A stretch of DNA of 64,000 bases from an uncultured Caldilinea sp. (GCA_937981885.1 CALJMI010000001.1:14160-78159), one strand, 5' to 3'. Positions 48,206 through 61,967 are shown, counted from the first letter of the stretch. The notes: generated from the sequence alone by a model not told the origin. A program made the numbers and translations.

Positions 48206-49447
48206 GTGAGTGAACTCCTGCCCAATCTTACTGATGACGTGCTGATGTTCAGCGCGTCACAGGCAATGTCTTTGCAGCGTGAGCTGCGCAGCATCATCGA
48301 ACCAGAATTGTTGATCGAATCGATGCAGGTCCCGCGCGATCCACAGAAGCAAGGCGTGCTGCTGCTGCGCGGGCGGCTGCTGCGTCCCAGCCACATCGCC
48401 TTTCCGCGCTGGCAGGCGGAGCTGGCGCGGCGCAACTTCACGCCGACGCTGCGTTCGGCGGCGGAGGAAGGTGAAGCTGGCGCACCGCCGGAGGATGTCT
48501 TCGTGCGCATCTTTGCAGGCGTCGTCAAGCCGGGGCGGCCGCGCGTCTGGATCAACGCCGTGCTCTTTGTGTTGACGGTCCTCAGCACGCTCTTCGTCGG
48601 CTCGCTCTATGGCGACACGGCGTTGGTGCTCAACTCGGCGTGGGACTTGCTGCGTCCATCGAATCTGCTGCAAGGGCTGCCCTTTGCCGCGACGCTGCTC
48701 GGCATCCTGGCGGCGCATGAGTTCGGCCACTATTTCGCCGCACGCTATCACAAGGTCGCCGTGACGCTGCCCTACTTCATCCCCATGCCGTTGACCTTTG
48801 GCACGCTCGGCGCGTTCATCCAGCTCAAGGAGCCGATTCCGGATCGACGCAAGCTCTTCGACATCGGCGTGGCAGGGCCGCTGGCTGGTCTCGTGCTTGC
48901 CGTACCGCTGCTCTTTATCGGGCTGGCGTCGAGCGAAGTGGCAGTGCCGCCGCCCAACGTGCCACTGATGCTGGAGGGTAACAGCTTGCTCTACCTGACT
49001 GCTAAGTGGCTGGTCTTCGGCGAGATTTTGCCCAACCCGGCGACCGGGCGCGATGTCTTTATGAACCAGATCACCTTTGCGGCGTGGATTGGCTTGTTGG
49101 TGACGGCGCTCAACCTGCTGCCGGTCGGTCAGCTCGACGGCGGACACACCGTCTTTGCCATGTTTGGGCGCAAGGCGCGCTACGCCAATCTCGCCACGGT
49201 GGCGCTGCTGACCCTGTTCGCCGTCGCCGGGCTGCCGTTCGTGCAGGAGTTGCTGCCAGCGTTGAGCAACGTCGGCTACAGCGGCTGGTTCTTATGGCTG
49301 TTCCTGATCCTGGCGATGATCGGCGTCGAACACCCACCGGCGTTGGACGACGTGACCACGCTCGACACGCAGCGTCGCATCATCGGTTTCATCGTGATCA
49401 TCATTTTCATCCTGACTTTTGTACCGGTGCCAATGCGCGCGCTGTAG
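48206..49447 (+). CDS. Site-2 protease (M50, EGY-like subgroup)
   Basis: AHEFGH, LPYFIP, GTLGA, AGPLAG and NLLP.GQLDGGH motifs. Confidence 0.93.
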   Translation: MSELLPNLTDDVLMFSASQAMSLQRELRSIIEPELLIESMQVPRDPQKQGVLLLRGRLLRPSHIAFPRWQAELARRNFTPTLRSAAEEGEAGAPPEDVFVRIFAGVVKPGRPRVWINAVLFVLTVLSTLFVGSLYGDTALVLNSAWDLLRPSNLLQGLPFAATLLGILAAHEFGHYFAARYHKVAVTLPYFIPMPLTFGTLGAFIQLKEPIPDRRKLFDIGVAGPLAGLVLAVPLLFIGLASSEVAVPPPNVPLMLEGNSLLYLTAKWLVFGEILPNPATGRDVFMNQITFAAWIGLLVTALNLLPVGQLDGGHTVFAMFGRKARYANLATVALLTLFAVAGLPFVQELLPALSNVGYSGWFLWLFLILAMIGVEHPPALDDVTTLDTQRRIIGFIVIIIFILTFVPVPMRAL

Positions 49448-49478
49448 ACGGGTGTACTTCAAGTTAGGGACGCGCACC

Positions 49479-49535
49479 GTAGGTCATCGCCTCCGGCGTG
49501 ACATGGCGCCCGTCACGCCGGAGGCGATGACCTAC
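49479..49535. repeat. REP doublet (REPIN-like), GTAG family
   Basis: GTAGGTCATCGCCTCCGGCGTGAC + 9-nt spacer + exact reverse complement. Confidence 0.92.
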
Positions 49536-49585
49536 AGAACAAACCCTGCCACTAATGTGAAGTATACCCACTGTAGACTGCCCAC

Positions 49586-49670
49586 TTGACGCAGAGACGT
49601 GGAGGCGCAGAGAAATGACCAAAATGACATTTCTTATCTCTTGAGTCCACTCTGCGCACCTCTACGTCAA
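49586..49670. repeat. Degenerate inverted-repeat element with 8-mer periodicity
   Basis: TTG-ACGCAGAG-ACGTGGAG-GCGCAGAG ... CTCTGCGCACCTCTACGTCAA. Confidence 0.6.
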
Positions 49671-49709
49671 AAACAGAATCGGTTTTCATAAGAATTGCGA
49701 GTTGTTAAC

Positions 49710-52742
<3,033 letters not shown>

Positions 52743-52754
52743 CCGATCAAGGAA

Positions 52755-52968
52755 CTGCGGCTGCGAGCCGCAGCTACAATTTGCGTAGGATTCTGGGGCT
52801 ACGAGCCTGCGGCTGCAATCTGCGTAGAGTTCTGGGGCTGCAAGCCGCAGCTGGTATCGTGAAACGTGCTCACGTAGGTCATCGCCTCCGGCGTAACATC
52901 GTTGTTCACAGGAACCTGCGGCTACGAGCTGCGGCTACAATTTACGTAGCTGCGGTTCTCAACCGCAG
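52755..52968. repeat. Mosaic REP cluster (BIME-like)
   Basis: About five degenerate copies of CTGCGGCTGCGAGCCGCAGCTAC (reverse complement begins GTAG), plus one family-A REP at 52874-52897. Confidence 0.85.
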
Positions 52969-53008
52969 AGGTCTGCTAATATTTACTCAGGTAGTTCCTC
53001 AAACATCG

Positions 53009-53812
53009 CTACGGCGTCACAATCACCGTGACCATGATTTTGTCCAGCCAGGTGGCGACCGACACCGGCAGGATGACCGCGCCCTCACCAATCTGATAGA
53101 GAATCTCGGTCATCACTTCGATCTGGGGCATGGTGTAGACTTTATGTTCGATCTCGTTTGCAGTCATCTCTTCGATATAAGGTTCGACCTGATTATGGGT
53201 GTGCGTCAGGGTCATCACAGTGATGCTGGTTTTGCGCTGTTTTGCCAGTTGCATGGCGAGGCGCAAGGCATTGTCAGAGGAAGGATCGCCCATATAGACG
53301 ACGGTGAAGGGACCTTCCAGCGACTGCTGCGCCTGTACAATCACCGGTCGCTGCGTGTTGCGCACGACAGCCTGCGCTGTCGAGCCGGTGCGTTTACCGG
53401 GCGTAGTGCCGACGCGGCCAATGCTGACCATCTGCGCCGATGACCCGGCGGAGAGCACCTCTTGAGTCACGCCGCCGCGTACGACTTTGAACGACCACGA
53501 AACGCGCTGACGCCCGGCAATATCTGCCATCGTGCGCCGCAACCGTGCCGCCTGCAGACGAAAATCACGCTCCAGGCGCGCCCGTTCGAGCCGTCGTGGG
53601 TTAGCGGTGAACGAACCGATCTCCAGTCCAAACGGCAATCCGCAGAGATGCAGCAAGTTGACATCCTCCACATAGATGCCGCGCAACTCCAGATTCAATG
53701 TCGCCGCAACTTCTGCGGCGGCAGCCAACGCCGCCGCACTGTACGGTGAAGTGTCCAGCGCCACCAGGATATAATCTGTGGACGGCGCGCTGGTTTGTTC
53801 TCCTTCACTCAT
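53009..53812 (-). CDS. Universal stress protein family
   Basis: ILVALD.S..S..AL, GIYVED and GSTAQAV motifs; tandem USP-like domains. Confidence 0.85.
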   Translation of the reverse strand: MSEGEQTSAPSTDYILVALDTSPYSAAALAAAAEVAATLNLELRGIYVEDVNLLHLCGLPFGLEIGSFTANPRRLERARLERDFRLQAARLRRTMADIAGRQRVSWSFKVVRGGVTQEVLSAGSSAQMVSIGRVGTTPGKRTGSTAQAVVRNTQRPVIVQAQQSLEGPFTVVYMGDPSSDNALRLAMQLAKQRKTSITVMTLTHTHNQVEPYIEEMTANEIEHKVYTMPQIEVMTEILYQIGEGAVILPVSVATWLDKIMVTVIVTP

Positions 53813-53850
53813 GGTTCGACTCCTGCTTCACGCAAGTTGCAATGCAATCG

Positions 53851-56313
53851 CTATTCCAGCCTGGGCGTTTCCTCTTTGTTTTCAGGCGCGTCTAATTTCT
53901 GCCCACGGCTTTTGCTTTCAAGCGCCCTGCGCTTTTTCGCCATCTGTTCCAGCCGGTCGGCGACGGCGCGGTTGACGGTGCCTTTGGGATATTTTCCCTG
54001 TTTGTCGGGCACGCCGGCGGGCATTCCGGTCAGCACCTCTATGCCTTCATCGACATGTGAGATCGGATAGATGGCAAATTGTCCGGCTTTGACGGCGTCT
54101 ACAACATCGCTGCGCAGCATCAAGTTCTTGACATTGCTTTGCGGAATCAACACACCTTGGTCGCCGGTCAACCCACGCGCTTTGCACAGGTCGAAAAATC
54201 CCTCGATCTTCTCGTTGACCCCACCGATTGCCTGGACGCGACCATGCTGATCGACCGAACCCGTCACCGCAAGCGACTGTTTGATCGGAATCTGGCCAAT
54301 GGCGGAAAGAAGGACATAGAGTTCGGTTGACGAAGCGCTGTCACCTTCGACGCCGCCATAGGATTGCTCGAAGACGAGGCTGGCGGAAAGCGCCAGCGGT
54401 TCGTTCACAGCGTAGCGGGCATTGAGAAAACTTGCCAGGATCAACACGCCTTTGGAATGGATCGGGCCGCTCATGTTGACCTCGCGCTCGATGTTGACGA
54501 CGTCGCCGCGCCCCATGCGCACGGTTGCCGTAATCCGCGAGGGTTGGCCGAACGCGTAATTGCCCAACTGCAGCACGGAAAGCCCGTTGATCTGTCCGAT
54601 CATCTCACCCGTCGTGTCGATGTGGACCGTCTTGCGCAAAATCTCGCTTTGCAGTAGCTGCGCCACCCGATCGAGGCGGAAAATCTGTGCGTCGATTGCC
54701 TGGCGCACATGTTCAACAGTGATCAATTCGGAGCTTGACTCTGCGGCCCAATAGTTCGCTTCTTGCAATAGATCGACGATGGCCTGGATCTGCGCAGTCA
54801 AGCGCTCGCTATCGCTGACCAGCCGTGCGGCATGATCGATCACAGCGCCGACCGCATAGCGATCCAGCGGGCGCAACGACTCCTTATGAGCGATCGATGC
54901 AAACATTCGAGCATACGCCTGGTGCGTCTCCGGCGTGCGTTCGACCTCATCGGCGAAGTCGGCAGCCACTTTGAACAGTTCGTTGAAGTCAGGGTCATAC
55001 TGCGAAAGCAGATAATAGAGTAGCCTATCGCCAAGCAGCACAACCTTGATGTCAAGCGGCATTGGCTCCGGTTCGAGCGAGATCGTGCTCGTCAGGCTCA
55101 GCATTTGCAGGACGGATTCGATGCGCACCTCGCCAAACTCCAGCGCTCGCTTGAGACCTTCCCATGAATAGGCGTTGGAAAGCACCTTGAGCGCATCCAG
55201 GATCAGATAGCCGCCATTGGCGCGGTGCAACGAACCGGGCTTGATCAACGTAAAATCGGTGACGAGCGCACCCATCTGCGCCATTTGCTCGACGCGACCA
55301 TTCAGATTGGTGTAGGTTGGGTTGCTTTCATAGACGACCGGAGCGCCCTCCACCTCGGCGGAATCGACAAGCAAATTCACCTGATAGCGGCGCAACGGCG
55401 AAGCTGTATCGGCAAACGCCATCGGGTTGTCGCCGTCAGATGATTGGCGTTGCTTCTCGCCCGCCACCATGAAGTCGCCCAAATGTTCTTGCACATCCTG
55501 GAGCACCTCCTGCAAATAGGCAAGCACGTCGTCCATGCCCTCGTAGGAGGAGGCAAGTTCACTGATCAGGTCATTAAGCACGACGCTGGCGATCTCCTGA
55601 TTTAGTCCGCGCAGCTGATTGCGCAGCTCGCGCTCCCAACGCGGCGCTTTGGAGATCACCTTTTGTAGTTCTTCCTGCATCACCTCGACGTCTGCTTGAA
55701 TCCGCTTCTGATCTTCTTCGGAAAGTTTCTCATATTCATCGGGCGGCAAGACTTCCTCACCTTTAAGCGGAGCAAAAGCAAGACCGGACGGCGTGCGCAA
55801 CAGCGTCAGGTTGCGCTGACGCGCCTGGTCCTGAAGCTCCATCAAGCTTGCCTGTTGCCGTTCCTGGAACTCGCTCTCGATGGCGCGGCGTCGCGATTGG
55901 TATTCCTCGCTCTCAAAAGCAGCCGAGAGTGCGGTCTGCATATCCTCGACCAGGCGCTCCATATCGCGCTTCAACTGCCGCCCACGGCCTGCCGGCAGCC
56001 GCAAAATACGCGGACGGTAAGGCTGATCAAAATTATTGACATAACACCAGTCTGATGGACGCGGCTCCTGCGCTGCACGCTCCTCGATAATGCGCCGCAC
56101 CAGTGTATGCTTGCCAAGACCGGCTGGTCCAAGCGCATAGATGTTGTAGCCCTGGCGTCGCATTTTGACGCCGAAGCGGATTGCACTGGTCGGGCGGTCC
56201 TGTCCAATAATTGTGGTTATGCCATCCAGGTCTGCGGTCGTCTCGAATGTGAACTCGTCAGGATCGCAACACCGCCGCAGCACTTCGGGAGGCAAGGGTT
56301 TGATCGAAGACAA
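53851..56313 (-). CDS. Lon-like ATP-dependent protease (LonC/S16)
   Basis: GPAGLGK Walker A, DWCYVNNF, HRANGG, EGDSAS (Ser), GGVNEKIEGFF (Lys); probable TTG start with GAGGA SD. Confidence 0.93.
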   Translation of the reverse strand: MSSIKPLPPEVLRRCCDPDEFTFETTADLDGITTIIGQDRPTSAIRFGVKMRRQGYNIYALGPAGLGKHTLVRRIIEERAAQEPRPSDWCYVNNFDQPYRPRILRLPAGRGRQLKRDMERLVEDMQTALSAAFESEEYQSRRRAIESEFQERQQASLMELQDQARQRNLTLLRTPSGLAFAPLKGEEVLPPDEYEKLSEEDQKRIQADVEVMQEELQKVISKAPRWERELRNQLRGLNQEIASVVLNDLISELASSYEGMDDVLAYLQEVLQDVQEHLGDFMVAGEKQRQSSDGDNPMAFADTASPLRRYQVNLLVDSAEVEGAPVVYESNPTYTNLNGRVEQMAQMGALVTDFTLIKPGSLHRANGGYLILDALKVLSNAYSWEGLKRALEFGEVRIESVLQMLSLTSTISLEPEPMPLDIKVVLLGDRLLYYLLSQYDPDFNELFKVAADFADEVERTPETHQAYARMFASIAHKESLRPLDRYAVGAVIDHAARLVSDSERLTAQIQAIVDLLQEANYWAAESSSELITVEHVRQAIDAQIFRLDRVAQLLQSEILRKTVHIDTTGEMIGQINGLSVLQLGNYAFGQPSRITATVRMGRGDVVNIEREVNMSGPIHSKGVLILASFLNARYAVNEPLALSASLVFEQSYGGVEGDSASSTELYVLLSAIGQIPIKQSLAVTGSVDQHGRVQAIGGVNEKIEGFFDLCKARGLTGDQGVLIPQSNVKNLMLRSDVVDAVKAGQFAIYPISHVDEGIEVLTGMPAGVPDKQGKYPKGTVNRAVADRLEQMAKKRRALESKSRGQKLDAPENKEETPRLE

Positions 56314-56461
56314 TGGCTGATCCTCTCGCTTGTGAGTGATGCTTGAACTTGTAAATGATTGCTTCAATAGAATCAAGCGTAAGCCGAGGGTGCTTGATCG
56401 GTCAAATCAAGGGGTGGGTTGTTGCTCACTTCTATGTTTTCTCACATCTACGTCCACCTCG

Positions 56462-57379
56462 CTACAAAGAAAACCGGTAGTCCCACCAGTCAGCTTCGCC
56501 CTGTCGCCAATTCTGCCCACCGCCGCTCTGCTCTGCCAATGCACTAATTTCTGGCAAAGGAAGCCTGCAAAGCTGTAGATGTCCTTGTGTTGAATTCAGG
56601 CGGAGTTGCATCCAGGCGACAGGATATTCGATCGTTGCGGGCATGACGCCGACAACACAAGGTCGCCCAATTGTACACTCCTGGATATCAAGCCGATGGG
56701 CGTGTCCTTGCAGAACTGCACTCACGCCGCCACGTCGTTTGATGATTGCCCACACCTGCGAAGCGTTGTGAACACCGTAGAAGTCGCGCCACGGTTGGCT
56801 CCCTGTCCACGGCGCCAACAGTTGATGTGTAAAGACCAACACTGGACGTCCATCCGCCGTAGCGATTGCCTCATCCAAGCGGGCAAGCTCAGCTTCAGCG
56901 ACATAGCCGTAGACCGGATCGCCGTCGGGAGCATCTGCAATCTGTTTCGGGGTGTGCCCCATTGTGTTGAGCAGAATCAGACGAGCCTGCGGCAAGTCAA
57001 TCGTTTTGCCGATCCCCGCTTCAGATTGCCATAATGAATAGAATTTGCGAAGGTCGCCGCTTCCTGGACGCACATCGTGGTTGCCAGGGAGCACATACAC
57101 CGGCGCGCCGACGCTGTGCAGGCAACGATGCATCAGCTCCAACGCCTCCTCAAATTCGTCATTTGGCATCGCATAACCGCCGCCGCCGCACACCTGATCT
57201 CCCAAATGAATAATGAGGTCAACCTGCGCAGCATGCAATTCAGCGAGCAAGGTCGTCAAAATTTGCTCCGACCACGGCTGAAGTTGTAGCCCACCTTCTG
57301 TTGTATAGACAGGGCGGCTGCGCACCCAATAGTGCGTATCGGTGATGATCCCAATTGTAGTCGACGACTGCTCGGTCAT
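56462..57379 (-). CDS. Calcineurin-like metallophosphoesterase
   Basis: DTH, GD, GNHD, H and GHAH motifs. Confidence 0.9.
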   Translation of the reverse strand: MTEQSSTTIGIITDTHYWVRSRPVYTTEGGLQLQPWSEQILTTLLAELHAAQVDLIIHLGDQVCGGGGYAMPNDEFEEALELMHRCLHSVGAPVYVLPGNHDVRPGSGDLRKFYSLWQSEAGIGKTIDLPQARLILLNTMGHTPKQIADAPDGDPVYGYVAEAELARLDEAIATADGRPVLVFTHQLLAPWTGSQPWRDFYGVHNASQVWAIIKRRGGVSAVLQGHAHRLDIQECTIGRPCVVGVMPATIEYPVAWMQLRLNSTQGHLQLCRLPLPEISALAEQSGGGQNWRQGEADWWDYRFSL

Positions 57380-58215
57380 TGGGATAGTTCCTCGCCCAAC
57401 TCTACGGCAAACCAACGCATCTCCATATTCGCCAGCTCACCGTTCACAATCAACTGTTGGAGTGAAGCTTCCACCTGTCGGTGAAGTTCATACGCTCGCC
57501 GCGACGTCACGATCACATAGGGAATGCTCTCTAGCGGCTCGCCAACGGTGGAAAGTGACAAACCGGCAGCCTGCGCCTGCCGCAACGACACATTGTCTAC
57601 AAAAATTACATCCACGCTCTGATGCTTGATTAAAGCTGCAATCAGGTCGTCGGGAGCGTCGAACGGCTGCAATGAAATCTCCATGCCATCCTGCTGCAAC
57701 CGTCGTCCTATCAGATCACCTAGGCTACCCCATTCTACCCCAACTCGCAACCCAGAGAGATCGGTCAATTCACGGATTGTTGAGCCAGTGCGCACGCCAA
57801 TCCGCAGACCTGCATCAAAATAAGGCGTCGAAAAGAGAAAATCCTGAGTCAGCCGCTCATCATAAGGATAGGCGCTGACAATGCTGTCGATCCGGCCAGC
57901 TTTGAGCGCATCCGGTAGACTATCAAAGCCGACCGCCACGATCTCCACACGCACGCCCCAAGATTCCGCCAGCGCCTGCGCCAATGCAACGTCAAAGCCG
58001 ATTGGCGTTCCTTCAGCATCCAACATCTCAAAGGGCGGAAAACTTGGATCGAGCCCAACGCGCCAGACGCCGCGTTGTTGGATCGCCTGCCAGGTTGTGT
58101 CACGGCGCAGAAACGGCAGGAGCATCTCAACCTGACGGTTGTCCGCCAGCCACGCTACGCCAGCTACACCGGCTACAATCGCAATGCCAGCAACCCACGC
58201 CATCGGCTGTCGCAT
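57376..58215 (-). CDS. Polar amino-acid-type (family 3) substrate-binding protein
   Basis: VGLDPSFPPFE, GFDV.LA, ER..F.FS.PY motifs; N-terminal TM. Start uncertain. Confidence 0.85.
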   Translation of the reverse strand: MRQPMAWVAGIAIVAGVAGVAWLADNRQVEMLLPFLRRDTTWQAIQQRGVWRVGLDPSFPPFEMLDAEGTPIGFDVALAQALAESWGVRVEIVAVGFDSLPDALKAGRIDSIVSAYPYDERLTQDFLFSTPYFDAGLRIGVRTGSTIRELTDLSGLRVGVEWGSLGDLIGRRLQQDGMEISLQPFDAPDDLIAALIKHQSVDVIFVDNVSLRQAQAAGLSLSTVGEPLESIPYVIVTSRRAYELHRQVEASLQQLIVNGELANMEMRWFAVELGEELSQ

Positions 58216-58223
58216 CCATAATT

Positions 58224-59330
58224 TCACTTGCGCATTGATTGCTGCACCTCCAGATAAATGGGCTTCGGCTCGAAATCTGTGCGCACAAAGGTAAAGTAAT
58301 CCTGATAGGAATTCTGATCCCATGGGAAACGGAAAACCCAGAAACAGAGTGCATCAAGCCAGTCCCACTCCTCCAACGCAATTTCATAGGCGCGCAGGGT
58401 GTAAGCAATGCGCTGCGCCGGGCGCACGGCGCGCGTCCACCGTGGATGATCGTTCCAGCCGCCCTCGGTGATCATCGCCGACTTATGTCCGTCGCCATTC
58501 TCGACCATGATTGCGCGCAGCAGTTCAGTGCGTCGAAAATTGACCACCTCCGGATCGGGCGGGCTGTCCGGATCGAAATGCCAACCGTATGCATGAATTG
58601 CCAAAACATCAAAATAGTCGGCTGCTCCAGCGTGGTACATTTCTTGCAAGAAGAGCAGATCGTTGACGCCGAATTCGCTGCCTGGCGGCGCCAAAGTCGG
58701 CGCCAGCGCGCCCGCCAGCACCTGCACTTCCGGCGCCGCCGCCTTAATCATCGGGTAGACAACACGCAACATCTCACTATATTTGGCGGCGTCAGGCTCG
58801 GCGTAGCCCCACTCCAACGCCAGGTTCGGCTCGTTCCAGATGATCACATAGTTGACTTTGCCACGGTAGCGCTCGACAAATTTTACTGCAAATCCACCAA
58901 AATCAACAAAACGTTCTTCATCCAGATAGAGCGGCGTCGTGTCTTTGGGGCGCGCCCATTGTGGCACGAAGCCTAACCGCGCAATCACGGTCACCCCCTG
59001 TTGATGTGCATGATTGATCACCTGGTCGGAATGCGTCCAGTTGTAACGCCCCGGTTCGCTTTCAACGTACGCCCACGGAAAATATTCGACAACCCATGGC
59101 GCACCCATTTCGCGCACCATCTCCAATGTACGCTTGATCTTCCATTCCTCGACCTCGTCGGTCAGCCGCGTATGGACGCACGCCTTGGGATTCGTTGTCT
59201 CGACGCTTTGCTGTGGCCCCAGCGTGACGCCAGGACGCTCCCAGCGCATGCTCCACACGCTAAGCGCAATCACAGCCAGCGCTGCAAGCAGCAAAAGCAG
59301 CGGACGCCGCCAGGTTCGGAGTACATTCAC
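58224..59330 (-). CDS. Clan GH-A (GH5/GH39-like) glycoside hydrolase with N-terminal signal/anchor
   Basis: IWNEPN, AIHAY and ITEGGW motifs; similar to the catalytic domains at 30-37 kb. GTG start inferred. Confidence 0.85.
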   Translation of the reverse strand: MNVLRTWRRPLLLLLAALAVIALSVWSMRWERPGVTLGPQQSVETTNPKACVHTRLTDEVEEWKIKRTLEMVREMGAPWVVEYFPWAYVESEPGRYNWTHSDQVINHAHQQGVTVIARLGFVPQWARPKDTTPLYLDEERFVDFGGFAVKFVERYRGKVNYVIIWNEPNLALEWGYAEPDAAKYSEMLRVVYPMIKAAAPEVQVLAGALAPTLAPPGSEFGVNDLLFLQEMYHAGAADYFDVLAIHAYGWHFDPDSPPDPEVVNFRRTELLRAIMVENGDGHKSAMITEGGWNDHPRWTRAVRPAQRIAYTLRAYEIALEEWDWLDALCFWVFRFPWDQNSYQDYFTFVRTDFEPKPIYLEVQQSMRK

Positions 59331-59569
59331 ACATGCATGATAGTGGCAGCAGCGCGTTTTGTCTAGCCGCACTCGCTATGAGGCCCTACCTCACTTCACA
59401 CACGGGCGCCATATCGCGCTGGAGGCGACGGCTACACGTTTTACCCGTTGCGAGTTCGCAACGGAAGGGTAGTGCGTGCTATACTGTCCGCTTGCAGTCA
59501 CTGCCAGATAGCGGGACATTGCCGCCGGCATGACGGTGCTACAGAGATTTATGAAGTCGAGGGAAAGTC

Positions 59570-60289
59570 TTGTTCGATTCGCTGCGTTATCGATGGAATA
59601 CACTGACCCAAGGGCAGAAGATTTTTATTGGCGTGCTTGGCGCGCTGGTTGTCATGGGATTGCTGACGTCGCTGGGCAGCGGCGGGCGACTGACCAACCC
59701 GGCTTGGCTTCTGGCTGCAGCGGGCATCATCTTGCTGGCGCTGCCGGTGCACGAGTTTGCGCACGCCTTTGTCGCTGTACAGCTTGGCGATCCGACGCCG
59801 CGCTATCAAGGGCGCTACACGCTGAATCCGCTGCGTCACATCGACCCGGTCGGCGCGGTGTTGATTGCACTGGTTGGTTTTGGCTGGGCGAAGCCGGTGC
59901 AGTGGAACCCGCGTAACGTCACCATCGAGCCGCGACTCGCCTCGATCCTGGTTTCTGTGGCCGGTCCTCTGAGTAATCTGCTGTTGGCGTTTTTGAGTTT
60001 GCTCATCTGGCAGTTGCTGGGCGGCGGCGGTGATATGCTTGCGACATTTCTGACCATCTTTGCAACGATCAATGTGTTGCTGTTTGTGTTCAATCTGTTG
60101 CCGATTCCACCGCTGGATGGTTCGCATGTGCTCTTTGCACTCTTGCCGGGCGACACCCGTCGGCTTCAGTTTTACTTGATGCAATACGGGATGCTGATCG
60201 TCTTTGCCATCGTGTTCATTGCGCCGGGCCTGATCCGTGGGCCAGCAAGTCTGATCATGAGCCTGTTGATCAACATGGTCGGGGGCTGA
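59570..60289 (+). CDS. Site-2 protease (M50, YwhC-like)
   Basis: VHEFAH, TLNP..HID, GWAKPV, AGP.SN and [10 protein letters not shown] motifs. Confidence 0.93.
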   Translation: MFDSLRYRWNTLTQGQKIFIGVLGALVVMGLLTSLGSGGRLTNPAWLLAAAGIILLALPVHEFAHAFVAVQLGDPTPRYQGRYTLNPLRHIDPVGAVLIALVGFGWAKPVQWNPRNVTIEPRLASILVSVAGPLSNLLLAFLSLLIWQLLGGGGDMLATFLTIFATINVLLFVFNLLPIPPLDGSHVLFALLPGDTRRLQFYLMQYGMLIVFAIVFIAPGLIRGPASLIMSLLINMVGG

Positions 60290-60307
60290 AGTGTAGCAAA
60301 ACCTATC

Positions 60308-60895
60308 ATGTCTATGTCAACAACGAGTGCCCCGCACGATCGTCTGAACCGCACGCTTTGGCGTTCGATCCGCTACCGGATTCGCCAGTTTCTCAGCGGG
60401 CTGCGCGCAACAACAAACGACAGCGATGATGCGCTGGCGATCGCTGCGCTTTCGCCGACAGAACTGGCGCTTTTTCGACGAATGCCAGCCGACGCGCGAC
60501 GGCACAGCCAGGCGGTGCTCCGAACGTTGCAGGCAGATGCGCCGGTTCCGCACGATCTGGCGGTGGCTGCGCTCCTGCACGACGTCGGCAAGGCAGCGGC
60601 GGATGAGGCGGGCGCGTATCTGGGACTGTGGCTGCGCGGCCCCATCGTATTGGCGGAGACGTTTGCGCCAACCTGGTTGACACGGCTGGCTGACCCACGA
60701 CCGTCGAGCAGCCTGCGTTATGCGCTTTACGTGCAGCTTCACCACCCGGCGATTGGGGCGAAATGGGCGCAGCAGGCGGGCTGCAGCGAATTGACGTGCT
60801 GGCTCATTGCATTTCATCAGGAAAAGTTGCCAACCGGTGACACGACACGACGCGAATTGCTTGGTCGATTGCAGGCAGCCGACAATATGAACTGA
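60308..60895 (+). CDS. HD-domain protein
   Basis: [17 protein letters not shown] and AD motifs. Confidence 0.85.
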   Translation: MSMSTTSAPHDRLNRTLWRSIRYRIRQFLSGLRATTNDSDDALAIAALSPTELALFRRMPADARRHSQAVLRTLQADAPVPHDLAVAALLHDVGKAAADEAGAYLGLWLRGPIVLAETFAPTWLTRLADPRPSSSLRYALYVQLHHPAIGAKWAQQAGCSELTCWLIAFHQEKLPTGDTTRRELLGRLQAADNMN

Positions 60896-60924
60896 TCGAC
60901 TGCATCGACGGAAGGATAGAAGGA

Positions 60925-61917
60925 ATGGCAAATCCACGAATTACAATTATTGGACTGGGGCTGACCGGCGCCAGCCTGGGGTTGGCGCTGATGCAGAGCG
61001 GGTCGGCGCTGGAGATCGTCGGGCATGACAAAGAGCCAACGACTGCGCAGGAGGCGCGCAAGCGCAATGCGGTGCATCGCATTGAGTGGAATCTCTACAA
61101 GGCATGTGAAGGCGCGTCGATGATTGTGTTGGCGATTCCGCTCGACGCCGCGGCGGAGACGCTCGAGTTGCTGCGCGAGGACATTCCACCGACAACGATG
61201 GTGCTGGCGCTCAACGGCGTCTTTGCGCCGGTGCTGAAGCTCTTTGCTGAAACGCTGCCAACGCACAGCAACGCCGTGGTGGGTCAGGTTATTCTCAACG
61301 GCGTTGGGTCAGAATTGACGCCGCGCGCCGATCTCTTTCACAAGGCAGTCTTCTGTCTGGCTTCGGGCGCGTCAACGAACCCGGAAGCGCTGCAACTTGC
61401 CGCCGATTTTGCTGAAAGCGCCGGTGCACAGCCGCTCTTTGTCGATCCCGATGAGCACGATGGCATTGCGGCAGTGGTCGATAGTTTGCCACGCCTGTTC
61501 GGCGCAGCGCTGCTACACATGGCGGCCGGATCGCCCGGTTGGGTTGAGGCGCAGCGCATGGCAGGCGTTGCCTTTGCGCGCACGACGCAGTTCGACCGCA
61601 GCGCGCAGGGTCTCTACGCTGAGCTGATGGCGAATCGAGTCAATGTGCTGCAACGCCTCGATCAACTGAGCGGCGCGCTGGCGGCCTGGCGCGACTGGCT
61701 GGCGACCGAAGCGCCGACAGAAGACGAGCATCCACTCCTGGTTGCGCTGTCAGACGCCGAAAGCGAACGCCAAACGTGGGAGAGCCACGCGCTCTTACAT
61801 AACTGGGACCCTTCACAAAGCCAGGCGCCTGCACAGGAAACACCGGGCGTGATGCGCCAGATGTTTCTGGGCGGATGGTTCGGCGGACGGAAATCGGGCG
61901 ACGGCGACAAACGGTAA
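60925..61917 (+). CDS. Prephenate dehydrogenase (TyrA)-like protein, divergent
   Basis: [15 protein letters not shown] Rossmann motif; EHD...A....LP; expected GHP motif absent. Confidence 0.75.
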   Translation: MANPRITIIGLGLTGASLGLALMQSGSALEIVGHDKEPTTAQEARKRNAVHRIEWNLYKACEGASMIVLAIPLDAAAETLELLREDIPPTTMVLALNGVFAPVLKLFAETLPTHSNAVVGQVILNGVGSELTPRADLFHKAVFCLASGASTNPEALQLAADFAESAGAQPLFVDPDEHDGIAAVVDSLPRLFGAALLHMAAGSPGWVEAQRMAGVAFARTTQFDRSAQGLYAELMANRVNVLQRLDQLSGALAAWRDWLATEAPTEDEHPLLVALSDAESERQTWESHALLHNWDPSQSQAPAQETPGVMRQMFLGGWFGGRKSGDGDKR

Positions 61918-61967
61918 TTACACTGCGTTCGGTTCAGATTGGTTTGCAGGTTTGGGAAACAGTCTGC

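Noticed and set aside
52755-52968. Possible CRISPR array
   Set aside because: Degenerate palindromes in mixed orientation with short, similar linkers; fits a REP cluster better.
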